A stretch of DNA of 62,648 bases from Micrococcales bacterium 32-70-13 (GCA_002280615.1 NCEJ01000001.1:1-62648); one strand, 5' to 3'; shown: positions 1 through 10,870, numbered from the stretch's first letter. The notes: generated from the letters alone by a model not told the origin. Numbers and translations: made by a program.

Positions 1-1722
1 ACGGCGCAGTCGGTGCTCGAGCGGGGCGGCACAGCCGTCGACGCCGCCGTCGCCGCGGCCTTCGTGCTGCACGTCGTCGAGCCGCACCTCAACGGGCCGG
101 GCGGAGACCTGACGGCGATCGTGGCGCCCGCGGGAGAGCATCCGTTCGTGCTCGCCGGCCAGGGCGCCGCCCCCGCCGCCGCGACCATCGAGCACTTCCG
201 CTCGCTCGGGCTCGATGAGATCCCGGGCGCGGGTCCGCTCGCGGCCGCCGTGCCCGGCTCGGTCGTCGCCTGGCTGCACCTGCTCGCGAGTCGCGGAACG
301 TGGGAGCTCGCCGACGTGCTCGCTCCCGCCCTCGGCTACGCGCGCGACGGGCATCCCGTGCACGAGAACGTGGTGCGCACGATCCGGGCGGTCGCGCCGC
401 TGTTCGAGCAGCACTGGTCGACATCGGCAGCGCAATGGATGCCCGGCGGGCGCATCCCCGAACCCGGCGACATGATCACCAACGAGCCCTGGGCCCGGGT
501 GCTGGCGCGCCTGCTCGCGGCGGGTGAGTCGACCGGCTCACGGGAGTCGCGCGTGCGCGCGGCCATCGCGCTCTGGACCGAGGTGGTCGGCGAGGCGGCC
601 GAGCAGTTCGTGCAGACGCCCGTTCAGCACTCGATCGGCGGTTCACTGCCGGGAGTGCTCACCGCCGCCGACCTCGCCGCCTACTCCCCCACCGAGGAGG
701 CGCCCGCATCGCTGACCTTCCGCGGCGTCGAGGTGCTCAAGGCCGGGCTGTGGACGCAGGGGCCCGCGCTGCTGCAGTCGCTCGCGATCCTCGACGCGGC
801 CGCCACTGCCCACGGGGACGAGGTGTTCGACCCCTCGACCGCGCTCGGCGTGCACACCATCACCGAGGCGCTCAAGCTCGCCCTCGCCGACCGCGACGCC
901 TGGTTCGCCGACCCCACCGTGATCGATGATCCGGATGCGCTGCTCACCGACCTGCTGTCCCCCGCCTACGCGGCCGAGCGCGCCGCCCTCATCGGCGAGA
1001 CCGCCTCACGCGAGGTGCGGCCGGGCCGCCCCGGCGGTCGCGAGCCGTGGATGCCGCCCGTGCGGCTCGCGGGCTCAGCCGCTGCACCCCTGCCGGGCTC
1101 GGGCGAGCCCACGCTCGACCGCGCGGGGCGTCAGCGCGGCGACACCTGCCACCTCGACGTCGTCGACCGCCACGGCACGCTCATCTCGGCCACCCCTTCG
1201 GGCGGATGGATGCAGTCGTCGCCGACGATCCCCGCGCTCGGCTTCTGCCTCGGCACGCGCCTGCAGATGATGTGGCTCGACGCAGAGTCGCCGTCGGCGC
1301 TCAGCCCGGGCATCCGCCCCCGCAGCACGCTGTCGCCGACGATGCTCGTGCGTGACGGACGCGTGGTCGAGGCACTCGGAACGCCCGGCGGCGACCAGCA
1401 GGACCAGTGGCAGCTGCTCTACCTGCTGCGCCGCATCGTCGGCGGCTACGAGCCGCAGCAGGCGATCGATGCGCCCATGTTCCACACCGACGCGATGGTG
1501 GCGTCGTTCGAGCCGCGCACGGTGCAGCCTGCGTCGCTCACGGTCGAGTCGCGCCTCGGCTCCTCGGTGATCGACGAACTGCGCGCCCGCGGGCACGAGG
1601 TGACGGTCATGGGCCCGTGGAGCCTCGGTCGCCTCAGCTGCGTCGGCATCGACGAGACCCGCGGGTGGATGTTCGCCGCGGCCAATTCGCGCGGAAACCA
1701 GGGCTACGCCGCGGGTCGCTGA
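1..1722 (+). CDS. Gamma-glutamyltransferase family protein (probably 5'-truncated by the window edge)
   Basis: GGTAVDAAVA, EPHLNGPGGD, Ntn nucleophile GDTCHLDVVD, PGIRPRSTLSP and GTPGGDQQ motifs; frame is open from base 1. Confidence 0.9.
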   Translation, partial: TAQSVLERGGTAVDAAVAAAFVLHVVEPHLNGPGGDLTAIVAPAGEHPFVLAGQGAAPAAATIEHFRSLGLDEIPGAGPLAAAVPGSVVAWLHLLASRGTWELADVLAPALGYARDGHPVHENVVRTIRAVAPLFEQHWSTSAAQWMPGGRIPEPGDMITNEPWARVLARLLAAGESTGSRESRVRAAIALWTEVVGEAAEQFVQTPVQHSIGGSLPGVLTAADLAAYSPTEEAPASLTFRGVEVLKAGLWTQGPALLQSLAILDAAATAHGDEVFDPSTALGVHTITEALKLALADRDAWFADPTVIDDPDALLTDLLSPAYAAERAALIGETASREVRPGRPGGREPWMPPVRLAGSAAAPLPGSGEPTLDRAGRQRGDTCHLDVVDRHGTLISATPSGGWMQSSPTIPALGFCLGTRLQMMWLDAESPSALSPGIRPRSTLSPTMLVRDGRVVEALGTPGGDQQDQWQLLYLLRRIVGGYEPQQAIDAPMFHTDAMVASFEPRTVQPASLTVESRLGSSVIDELRARGHEVTVMGPWSLGRLSCVGIDETRGWMFAAANSRGNQGYAAGR

Positions 1723-1748
1723 GCTCGGCATCGCCCGCGCGCACCGCG

Positions 1749-1765
1749 CCAAAGGTATGATCTAA
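1749..1765 (+). promoter_or_regulatory. Promoter/operator CCAAAGGTATGATCTAA containing -10 TATGAT; leaderless start
   Basis: TATGAT lies 7 nt before ATG 1769; identical 17-mer at 9243-9259 on the minus strand. Confidence 0.7.
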
Positions 1766-1768
1766 AAT

Positions 1769-3598
1769 ATGCCCCACGGCTTCGAGCGCATCGTCGCGCA
1801 CCCCGAGCGTCTTGCCCACTCCGCCGATCAGAGCGCCGAGCCGCCCAGCGACACGATCGTCGCGCGCCTGCGGCTCGACGGCTGGCACGACGTGACCGTG
1901 CGCGTGCTACACCCGTTCACGTGGGATGCGAAGTTCCGCGGCTTCCGCATCGACGAGCTCGCCGTCACCCCCGCTCGGCCCCGCACGCTCGTGAGCGGCG
2001 CCTACTCGGTCGCCGACGCCGCCGTGCTCAACGTCGACGACGCGCGCGGCACGCGCACGCCCTTCGACTTCCCCGAGGGCGAGATGCACGACGGCGTGCT
2101 CTACCGCACGGTCGGGCACTCCCCCGAGCCGCATGAGCGCTACCAGGATGCCGCCGGCTGGTGCACGGTCTCCGCGACCGACGCCGACGGACGGGCGGTC
2201 GCCCTCGCGACGGCGCTCGACCGCAGCGACTGCGTGCTGCTCGACCTGCTCGCCGACGACCACGGCCTCACCGTGCAAACCCGCCTGCCGTGGCAGACCT
2301 TCCGCCCCGCCGAACTGCCGGCGACGGATGCCCTCCCCGGCCTGCTCGTGCGCCACGGGCACGGCGACCACGAGACCGCCGAGGCCTGGCTGCGCGGGCT
2401 GCTCGCCGCGACAGTGCCGAGCCGGGCATCCACCGCCCCGCCGCCGCTCATCGCCGACACCTGGGGCTTCGGCACCGACATCGACCCGGAGCGCGTGACG
2501 GCGTTCTTCGACGTCGCCGCCGATCTCGGCGTCGAGGTCGTGACGGTCGACAAGGGCTGGGAGGACCACGTCGGCGACTGGAACGCGCAGTCGGGCTACG
2601 CGGGCGGCGTCGCGGGCATCGCCGCGCTCGCACACGATCGCGGCATGAAGCTCGGGCTGTGGGTGGGGGCGGGCAACGCCGCCCCCGACTCGGCGGTCGC
2701 GACGGCGCACCCCGACTGGCTCGCGACCTGGAACGGCCGCCCCCAGATGGTGTCGCACCGCAACCACTCCCTGTGCCTCGGGCACGAGCCCGCGCGCGAC
2801 CACGTGCTCGCGTGCCTCGACCGCCTCGTGCGCGACGGCGTCGACTGGCTGCTGCACGACTTCGAGACGATCAGCCGCTGCGACGCCGCGCACCACACGC
2901 ACGACCCCGGCGCGGGCGAGGCGGCGGGTGTGACCGGCTGGTACCACGTGCTCGCGACACTGCGCGAGCGGCACCCGAACCTGCTCATCGAGAACTGCTG
3001 GAACGGCGGCAAGCCCCTCGACCTCGCCATGATCGCCCACCACGACACGACGATCGGCGACGACTGGTGCCGCTCGGAGGAGAACCGCCTCGCGGCCCTC
3101 GGCCTCGGCGTCTACCTGCCGTCGTCGTGGACGAGCAAGTACATGGGCGACGAGCCGCACCTGCCGCTGCGCGCGCAGCTCGCGCCCTACCTCGTCGGCG
3201 GCCCCTGGATCCTCATGGGCGACCTGCCGGGCTGGAGCGCCGCGCAGCTCGCTGACATGCGTCGCGCGATCGCGATCTACCGCGAGTGGCGAACGGCGGC
3301 GATGGATGCTCGTGCGGTGCCGCCCGTGCTCTCGGGCTCGACGGCCGGCGTGACGGGGCTCGCGTACTCGCCCCGCGCTGACGGCGCCCAGCTCGCCACG
3401 TTCGCGGTCGCCGAGACTGCTGTTAGGGCCACGGTTCACTGGCACCCAGTCATCATGACGTCGAGTACAGAAGCGTGGATCGTGCGCGACGAGTGGAGCG
3501 GCGCCGAGCAGCGCGTCGCCCGCGCCGAGCTCGATGCGGGCATCCCGCTCGACACGGCGAGCGCCGACGGACTTGCCCTCAGCGTGCGCCCCGCCTGA
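1769..3598 (+). CDS. Divergent GH36/clan D alpha-galactosidase-like glycoside hydrolase
   Basis: DTW, VDKGW...GDW, GMKLGLWV, HPDW, LIENCWNGG motifs follow the GH36 catalytic barrel layout. Confidence 0.7.
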   Translation: MPHGFERIVAHPERLAHSADQSAEPPSDTIVARLRLDGWHDVTVRVLHPFTWDAKFRGFRIDELAVTPARPRTLVSGAYSVADAAVLNVDDARGTRTPFDFPEGEMHDGVLYRTVGHSPEPHERYQDAAGWCTVSATDADGRAVALATALDRSDCVLLDLLADDHGLTVQTRLPWQTFRPAELPATDALPGLLVRHGHGDHETAEAWLRGLLAATVPSRASTAPPPLIADTWGFGTDIDPERVTAFFDVAADLGVEVVTVDKGWEDHVGDWNAQSGYAGGVAGIAALAHDRGMKLGLWVGAGNAAPDSAVATAHPDWLATWNGRPQMVSHRNHSLCLGHEPARDHVLACLDRLVRDGVDWLLHDFETISRCDAAHHTHDPGAGEAAGVTGWYHVLATLRERHPNLLIENCWNGGKPLDLAMIAHHDTTIGDDWCRSEENRLAALGLGVYLPSSWTSKYMGDEPHLPLRAQLAPYLVGGPWILMGDLPGWSAAQLADMRRAIAIYREWRTAAMDARAVPPVLSGSTAGVTGLAYSPRADGAQLATFAVAETAVRATVHWHPVIMTSSTEAWIVRDEWSGAEQRVARAELDAGIPLDTASADGLALSVRPA

Positions 3599-3662
3599 GC
3601 AACCGCGGGCCTGGGCGGCGGTCTTCCCCGCTGCTCAAGAAGCGCGGTGCTACCGTCGCGCT

Positions 3663-4133
3663 GTGAGCCGTCGATCTTCCCTCATCTCGTCGTCGATTGT
3701 TCTCATGCTCGCGCTCTCCGCCTGTGTGCCCGCGGAGCCCGACTTGCAGGCTGCCCAGGAGGAGGCGAACGCCTTCACGAGCGCCTTCGAGACCGACCAG
3801 GACGCCCTCGCCACCGGGTCCTTCAGCGCGGGACCCAGCGTGCCGCCGCTCGAGGATCAGCCCGGCCTCCTCTTCGAGTTCGCCGAGACCGTGCGCATCG
3901 ACGAGATCAGAGTCGCGTGCTTCGGTGGCGGCACTGCGGTGTTCGGCGCTGTTTCCCGCAGCAGCTTGACCTGGGTGGGGACAGAGGGCGTGACCGTAAC
4001 CTGCGACGGCGAGGTGCGCCTCGTGCCGCTCGGCGCTCCGCTCGAGGACGTGAACGCGATCGAGCTCAACGGCCGAATCGAGTCGGGCGGCGGCGCCGTG
4101 ATCGCCAGCGTCATCATGGGCGCCGTCGAGTAA
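3663..4133 (+). CDS. Hypothetical lipoprotein
   Basis: GTG start 6 nt after -10 TACCGT; signal peptide with lipobox LSAC. Confidence 0.65.
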   Translation: MSRRSSLISSSIVLMLALSACVPAEPDLQAAQEEANAFTSAFETDQDALATGSFSAGPSVPPLEDQPGLLFEFAETVRIDEIRVACFGGGTAVFGAVSRSSLTWVGTEGVTVTCDGEVRLVPLGAPLEDVNAIELNGRIESGGGAVIASVIMGAVE

Positions 4134-4180
4134 CCGGATCGCACCGGCACGCCGACTCAGCGCGGCGTCGACACGAGATA

Positions 4181-4410
4181 CACGACAAGCAGTCGGCGGC
4201 CCTCGATGACCTCGGTCTTGGCGGTGCCCGCGGGCTGCCGCCGACGATCGGTCCGTCGGTCAGCCCGCTCACGCAATGTGCCTGTCGCGGCACGTGCCGT
4301 CAGAGGCACATTGGCCAGCAAGACCGCCGCTACCCCATCGAGGGCGCCATCGATTCGCTTGTGTGAACCCGCATTGACATCAACGCGGCTTCACAAAACC
4401 CGGAAAGGTT
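4181..4410. ncRNA. Candidate structured RNA or MITE-like element: long Y-shaped fold plus downstream hairpins
   Basis: Nested complementary segments 4185-4190/4357-4362, 4199-4208/4336-4345, 4213-4220/4319-4326, 4230-4237/4261-4268, 4274-4283/4304-4313. Confidence 0.45.
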
Positions 4411-4458
4411 GGCCGGCCATGACGCGCGGAGCACGCGCGGGCGAGGCGCCGACCGCCG

Positions 4459-5496
4459 CTACGCGAGCGAGGGCACGACCTGCGCGTCGACGACCGGCAT
4501 GACATCGCGCACGATCGCCTCGAGCAGGCGCGCGTTGAACTCGACGCCGAGCTGGTTGGGCACGGTCACGAGCAGGGTGTCGGCCGCCTGCACGGCCGCG
4601 TCGCGCGCGAGCTCGGCCGCGATCTGGTCGGGCGCGCCGATGTACGAGCGGCCGAAGCGCGAGCGCGATCCGTCGAGGATGCCGACCTGGTCGGTCTGCG
4701 GGCCCTGCGCCTGCACGCCGAAGTAGTACTGCGTCTCCTCGTCGATGATGGGCAGGATGCTGCGGCTCACCGAGACGCGCGGCTCGCGCTTCCAGCCCCG
4801 AGCGGCCCAGGCGTCGCGGAACATCGCGATCTGCTCGGCCTGCAGCTCATCGAATGGCACCCCGGTGTCCTCCGTGAGCAGCGTCGAGCTCATGAGGTTC
4901 ATGCCCTGCTCGGCCGTCCACACGGCGGTCGCGCGCGTGCCGGCGCCCCACCAGATGCGGTCGTTCAGCCCCGGCGACTGCGGGGTCACCGGCTGCGGCT
5001 TGTCGGTGCCGATCACGCGCGGGTTGCCGGGCGCGAAGCCCTCGCCGTCGATCGCGCGACGGAAGAGGTCGGTGTGCTCACGCGCCATGTCGGCGTCGGT
5101 CTGCCCCTCAGCAGGCACCTGGTCGAAGTACCGCCAGCCATCGACGACGGCCTCGGGTGATCCCCGGCTGATGCCGAGCTGCAGCCGGCCGCCGCTGATC
5201 AGGTCGGTCGCCCCAGCCTGCTCGGCGAGCGACCAGGGGTTCTCGTAGCGCATGTCGACGACGCCCGTGCCGAGCTCGATGCGGCTCGTGCGCGCGGCCG
5301 CGGCCGCCATCATCGGAAAGGGGTTCGAGTGGTTCTGGGCGAAGTGGTGCACGCGGTAGTACGCGCCGTCGACGCCGACCTCCTCGGCCGCGACCGCGAG
5401 CTCGACTCCCTGCAGCAGCGCCTCGCCGCCCGTGCGGGTGCGGGAGCCCGTCACGCCCATCCAGTTGCCGAACGACAAGAACCCGAGCTTCGTCAT
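4459..5496 (-). CDS. LLM-class flavin-dependent oxidoreductase (luciferase-like monooxygenase)
   Basis: MTKLGFLSFG start, RVHHFA, IELGTGVVDMRYENP, GRLQLGISRG. Confidence 0.9.
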   Translation of the reverse strand: MTKLGFLSFGNWMGVTGSRTRTGGEALLQGVELAVAAEEVGVDGAYYRVHHFAQNHSNPFPMMAAAAARTSRIELGTGVVDMRYENPWSLAEQAGATDLISGGRLQLGISRGSPEAVVDGWRYFDQVPAEGQTDADMAREHTDLFRRAIDGEGFAPGNPRVIGTDKPQPVTPQSPGLNDRIWWGAGTRATAVWTAEQGMNLMSSTLLTEDTGVPFDELQAEQIAMFRDAWAARGWKREPRVSVSRSILPIIDEETQYYFGVQAQGPQTDQVGILDGSRSRFGRSYIGAPDQIAAELARDAAVQAADTLLVTVPNQLGVEFNARLLEAIVRDVMPVVDAQVVPSLA

Positions 5497-5524
5497 GCTC
5501 AGGTCAATGCGTGTGAATGCAGAA

Positions 5525-6457
5525 CTATTCCCGGTCGGGCGCCGGTACAGCATCCCGAATCGGCCTCTCGGGCCCGGGAATCGTCGCGCCGGGCCGCGTC
5601 GTCAGGTACACGCCGGCCAGCACGATGAGTCCGCCGATCACCTGCCACACGGTGAGCGCGTCGCCGAGCGCGACCGCGATGATCGCCGTGAAGACCGGCA
5701 GCAGGTTGAGGAAGACGCCCGTGCGCGAGGGGCCAAGCTGGGTGACGGCGACGTTCCACAGCAGGTAGGCGAGCGCGCTCGGGAACACGATGATGATCGC
5801 GAGCCCCCACCAGCCCTCGGCCGACGGCTGCGCCTGAATGCCCACCAGAGCCATGACGGGCGCGAGCATGAGGGCGCTCATGCCGACCTGCACGGTCGTC
5901 GCCGTGATCGGCGGGGTCTGGATGCGCCGGCTGATGATGACGTAGGCCGTCCACGCGAGGATCGCGCCGAGGATCAGCAGGTCGCCGACCGCGACGCTCA
6001 CGTTCGAGATGCCGCCCGAGCCGCCGAGCAGCACGACGATGACCACGCCGACGAACGAGATCGCGATGCCGAACACGCCCCCGCGACGGATGCGCTCCCC
6101 CAGCACGACGACCGCGGCGAGCGCGATCACGGCCGGGTTGATGGCGCTGATCACACTCGCGTTGACCGGCGAGGTCGTGTCGAGCGCGGCGTAGAGCAGC
6201 AGGGTGTAGCCGACCATGCCGAGCAGGGCCTGGACGATGTGGATCCACCACTCCTTCGCGGCGAGCCGCCACTTGTCGAGGCGATCGCGCTCGATCCACA
6301 GGGTGATGACCAGCAGGATCGGGAACGCCCCGAGCCAGCGCAAGAACGTCAGCTCGAGCGGCGTGAACTCGGCGATCACGCGGTCGCCGACGACGAAGTT
6401 CATCGCCCAGAAGAGCTGGGCGAGCACGGCGGGCGAGTAGCGGCGGAGCAGGTGCAC
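5525..6457 (-). CDS. DMT/EamA family transporter
   Basis: About 10 TM helices in two EamA repeats (LFWAMNF, FLRW, LGER, AYLLWN). Confidence 0.9.
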   Translation of the reverse strand: MHLLRRYSPAVLAQLFWAMNFVVGDRVIAEFTPLELTFLRWLGAFPILLVITLWIERDRLDKWRLAAKEWWIHIVQALLGMVGYTLLLYAALDTTSPVNASVISAINPAVIALAAVVVLGERIRRGGVFGIAISFVGVVIVVLLGGSGGISNVSVAVGDLLILGAILAWTAYVIISRRIQTPPITATTVQVGMSALMLAPVMALVGIQAQPSAEGWWGLAIIIVFPSALAYLLWNVAVTQLGPSRTGVFLNLLPVFTAIIAVALGDALTVWQVIGGLIVLAGVYLTTRPGATIPGPERPIRDAVPAPDRE

Positions 6458-6522
6458 GCTCTCAGGCTAGGGCCGCGCTGCACCGCGCACGTGCGCGGAA
6501 GCCCGCGCATCCGCGCGGTGCA

Positions 6523-7014
6523 TCAGGGCGCGGGCGGCGCGACCGAGGGCAGCCCCGGCTCGAGCCCGGGCTCGAGCTCGCTCGCAGCCACGACGCCGTC
6601 GAACGGTGTCACGGTGGCGAGACCGCCCCACTGCTCGTCGGTGGCGAGGAAGACGGCGATGCGGGCACTCGTATCGAGCTGGTCGCCGAACCCGTAGGGG
6701 TCGGCCGCGCAGCCGTCGGAGCGCGAGGCGATCTCGATCTCGAGCCCCGCGAAGCGGTCGTCGCTCGCCTCGAGCACCTCGAAGCGGTAGAGCCGCGCGT
6801 CGCCGCCGAGCAGGTCGACCGTGCCGACCTGCTCGATCACCTCGCCGACGACGATGAGCTGCGCCGAGGCGGCGAGCGCCTGCTGGTCGTCGAAGGTCAC
6901 CCAGCTGACGCACTCCTGCTGCTGCGTCAGGAAGGGCAGGGCCGAGCATCCACTGAGCATCATGGCGGCCGCGGCGAGCGCGACCAGGGCCGATCTGCGA
7001 GCGCGCCGGGTCAT
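6523..7014 (-). CDS. Hypothetical lipoprotein
   Basis: MTRRARR...MLSGC lipobox; leaderless -10 TACGGT 6 nt upstream. Confidence 0.7.
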   Translation of the reverse strand: MTRRARRSALVALAAAAMMLSGCSALPFLTQQQECVSWVTFDDQQALAASAQLIVVGEVIEQVGTVDLLGGDARLYRFEVLEASDDRFAGLEIEIASRSDGCAADPYGFGDQLDTSARIAVFLATDEQWGGLATVTPFDGVVAASELEPGLEPGLPSVAPPAP

Positions 7015-7053
7015 GACCCCACCGTAGTCGGCGGCCCGTGCCACCATCGAGGG

Positions 7054-7668
7054 GTGCCCCTGAACTTCACCGCGATCGACTTCGAGACCGCCAACAACCA
7101 CGCGGCCTCGGCGTGCTCGGTCGGGCTCGTGAAGGTTCGCGAGGGCCGCGTCGTCGACCGGGCGAGCTGGCTCATCCGCCCGCCGTTCGGCTTCGACGAC
7201 ATGCTCGAGTGGAACACCCGCATCCACGGCATCACCGCCGCCGACATCGTCGACGCGCCCCTGTGGGCCGATCAGGTGGATGCCCTGCTCGAGTTCGTCG
7301 ACGGCGATACGCTCGCGGCCCACAACGCGGGCTTCGACATGGGCGTGCTCGCGGCGGCGCAGCGGGCCAGCGCACTCGTGGTGCCGAGCCTGTCGTACGT
7401 GTGCAGCCTGCGGGTCGCCCGCAAGACCTACCACCTCGACTCGTACCGGCTGCCCGTCGCCGCGATGGCAGCGGGCTTCGAGGACTTCGCGCACCACGAC
7501 GCGCTCGCCGATGCTGAGGCGTGCGCCGCGATCATCGTGCACGCGGCCAAGCGGCACGACGTGACCGAGGTCGCCGAGCTCGCGCGTGTGTGCGGCACGG
7601 CCGTCGGTCGGACGGGCGCATTGGCCGAGGCCGAGGCGGCGGACCACCGACCGGCCGCCCTGGCGTAG
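7054..7668 (+). CDS. DEDDh 3'-5' exonuclease (DNA polymerase III epsilon-like)
   Basis: AIDFETAN, AHNAGFD, HHDALADA motifs. Confidence 0.9.
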   Translation: MPLNFTAIDFETANNHAASACSVGLVKVREGRVVDRASWLIRPPFGFDDMLEWNTRIHGITAADIVDAPLWADQVDALLEFVDGDTLAAHNAGFDMGVLAAAQRASALVVPSLSYVCSLRVARKTYHLDSYRLPVAAMAAGFEDFAHHDALADAEACAAIIVHAAKRHDVTEVAELARVCGTAVGRTGALAEAEAADHRPAALA

Positions 7669-7674
7669 CGCGGC

Positions 7675-8238
7675 CTAGGCCGTGCGCACGACCGCGCTGA
7701 CCGGGGTCGGGTTGGCGAAGAGGTCGAGCACGGGGCAGTGGGCGTCGACGACGTCGCGCAGCTGCTGGTAGCGCTCCTCGCTCTCGGGGCCCGTGATCGT
7801 GATCGCGAGCCGCACGTCGCTGAAGCCGGCCCGCACGGTCTCGTCGATGCCGAACAGGCGGCGCGCATCCAGATCGGCCTCGGCGTCGATGCGGATGTCG
7901 TCGACCTGGATGCCGAGCCCCTGCGCGTAGAGGCGGTAGACGACGATCTGGCACGAGATGAGGGCTCCGAGCGCGTACTCGACGGGGCTCGCGGCCACGT
8001 CGTCGCCCGCGAGGGCACCGGGCTCGTCGACGAGGAACGTGTGCTTGCCGGCGCGGATGCTGGAGGCGACCGATCCCTCGCCCTCACCGCTGACGCGGTA
8101 GGTGAGCTGGGCGGTCGCCGGGTCGTTGCCGATGCGCGAGCCCCAGGCCGAGCCGGCTTCGATCAGCCGGGCGGCGCGCTCGTCGGCGCTGACGTCGGGA
8201 ACGGACGGGGAGACGGAGGGAGCGGTGAGAAGAGTCAT
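7675..8238 (-). CDS. OsmC family protein
   Basis: VDEP..L.G.D..ASPVE...GALISC and C-terminal HCPV cysteine pair. Confidence 0.85.
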   Translation of the reverse strand: MTLLTAPSVSPSVPDVSADERAARLIEAGSAWGSRIGNDPATAQLTYRVSGEGEGSVASSIRAGKHTFLVDEPGALAGDDVAASPVEYALGALISCQIVVYRLYAQGLGIQVDDIRIDAEADLDARRLFGIDETVRAGFSDVRLAITITGPESEERYQQLRDVVDAHCPVLDLFANPTPVSAVVRTA

Positions 8239-8281
8239 GGGGGTGACGGTACGAGCGGATGCCCGCCCCGTCGACCCCGCC

Positions 8282-8329
8282 CGTCACACGACGACGCGGC
8301 ACGTCACGAATCGTCTCGCGGCGTCACGA
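8282..8329. promoter_or_regulatory. 10-bp-periodic GTCAC direct repeats upstream of the OsmC-family gene
   Basis: GTCAC 8283, GACGC 8293, GTCAC 8303, GTCTC 8313, GTCAC 8323. Confidence 0.45.
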
Positions 8330-8351
8330 ACCGCAATGTGCGCGGTGGGGC

Positions 8352-9239
8352 TCAGCGGTCGCAGCCGCCCGACTTGTCGGCGCGCGAGCCCGGCACGCTG
8401 AGGTCGCGCAGGCCCTTGTAGGCGTAGGGGTCCTCACCCGCGACCATGACGATGTCGCGGAAGTCGTACTCGGCGAAGTAGCGGCCCTCGCTGTTCTGCC
8501 AGGGCAGCAGCGATTCGGCGCTCATGTAGTGGTTCACGAGCGCGCGGCGGTAGCCGTGCTTGCCCGAGTTCTCGAGCGAGCGGTGCAGCAGGTAGCCGTT
8601 GAAGAACAGGGCGGCACCCGCGGGCACCTCGACCGGCACGGCGTCGTCGTCGGTGTAGGGGAACCCGAACGCTTCGTCGGTGCAGTCGAAGCGCTCGTCG
8701 GTCTGCTCGCGGTCGGGGTAGAGCACACCGCGCGCGTGCGAGCCGGGCAGTACCCACAGGCAGCCGTTCTCGGTCGTGGCGTCGTCGAGGGCGATCCACA
8801 CCCCGGCGAGCGAGCGGTCGCGCGTGGGGATGAAGTGCTCGTCTTGATGCCAGGCCTGGCCCGGCTTGCCCTCGCTCTTGATGAACAGCATCGACTGCAT
8901 GGCCTTGACGTTCGGGCCGATCACGCGCGTGAGGCCGTCGACGATCCGAGGGTGCCGCATGATCTGCCGGGCGACCTCGCTGATCTTGTGCGGGTGGTGG
9001 ATGCACAGGTACTGCCGCAACACGTCGGCGTCGCTCTGCCCCGGGTGGGCATCCGTCGCCTCATCGGACGGGTTCAGCCCAGCCCGGCAGATGCGCAGGG
9101 CCTCGGAGTTGACCTCAGCCACCTCGGCCCGGGTGAGGGCGCCGCGCAGCACGGCGAACCCGTCGCGAACGTACTGCGCGACGAAGTCCTCGTCGATCGA
9201 ATCGGGCATCACCAGAGGGGCCCGAACAGCAGTGGTCAT
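8352..9239 (-). CDS. Phytanoyl-CoA dioxygenase (PhyH) family Fe(II)/2-oxoglutarate dioxygenase
   Basis: AWHQD, WIALDDAT.ENGCL.V.PGSH, LLHRS..N...R motifs. Confidence 0.9.
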   Translation of the reverse strand: MTTAVRAPLVMPDSIDEDFVAQYVRDGFAVLRGALTRAEVAEVNSEALRICRAGLNPSDEATDAHPGQSDADVLRQYLCIHHPHKISEVARQIMRHPRIVDGLTRVIGPNVKAMQSMLFIKSEGKPGQAWHQDEHFIPTRDRSLAGVWIALDDATTENGCLWVLPGSHARGVLYPDREQTDERFDCTDEAFGFPYTDDDAVPVEVPAGAALFFNGYLLHRSLENSGKHGYRRALVNHYMSAESLLPWQNSEGRYFAEYDFRDIVMVAGEDPYAYKGLRDLSVPGSRADKSGGCDR

Positions 9240-9242
9240 GCC

Positions 9243-9259
9243 TTAGATCATACCTTTGG
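9243..9259 (-). promoter_or_regulatory. Promoter/operator CCAAAGGTATGATCTAA (copy 2); leaderless start
   Basis: Identical to 1749-1765 and at the same spacing from the start codon. Confidence 0.7.
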
Positions 9260-9290
9260 GTGCGGGCGCCCGAAAGGAGGCGCCCGCACC
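9259..9290 (-). terminator. Stem-loop after mmsA
   Basis: 12-bp stem GGTGCGGGCGCC/GGCGCCCGCACC with an 8-nt loop. Confidence 0.65.
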
Positions 9291-9302
9291 GCGCGAGCTC
9301 CG

Positions 9303-10790
<1,488 letters not shown>

Positions 10791-10870
10791 GTGTGCTCCT
10801 TCGTTGGACGAGTCGTGCCCAGTCTGCGCCCCCGATCATCTGCGATCAAGCACCATCGGCGCACAGTTCA

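Noticed and set aside
4374-4379. Perfect TTGACA -35 hexamer
   Set aside because: No -10 box at a suitable spacing and no downstream plus-strand gene.
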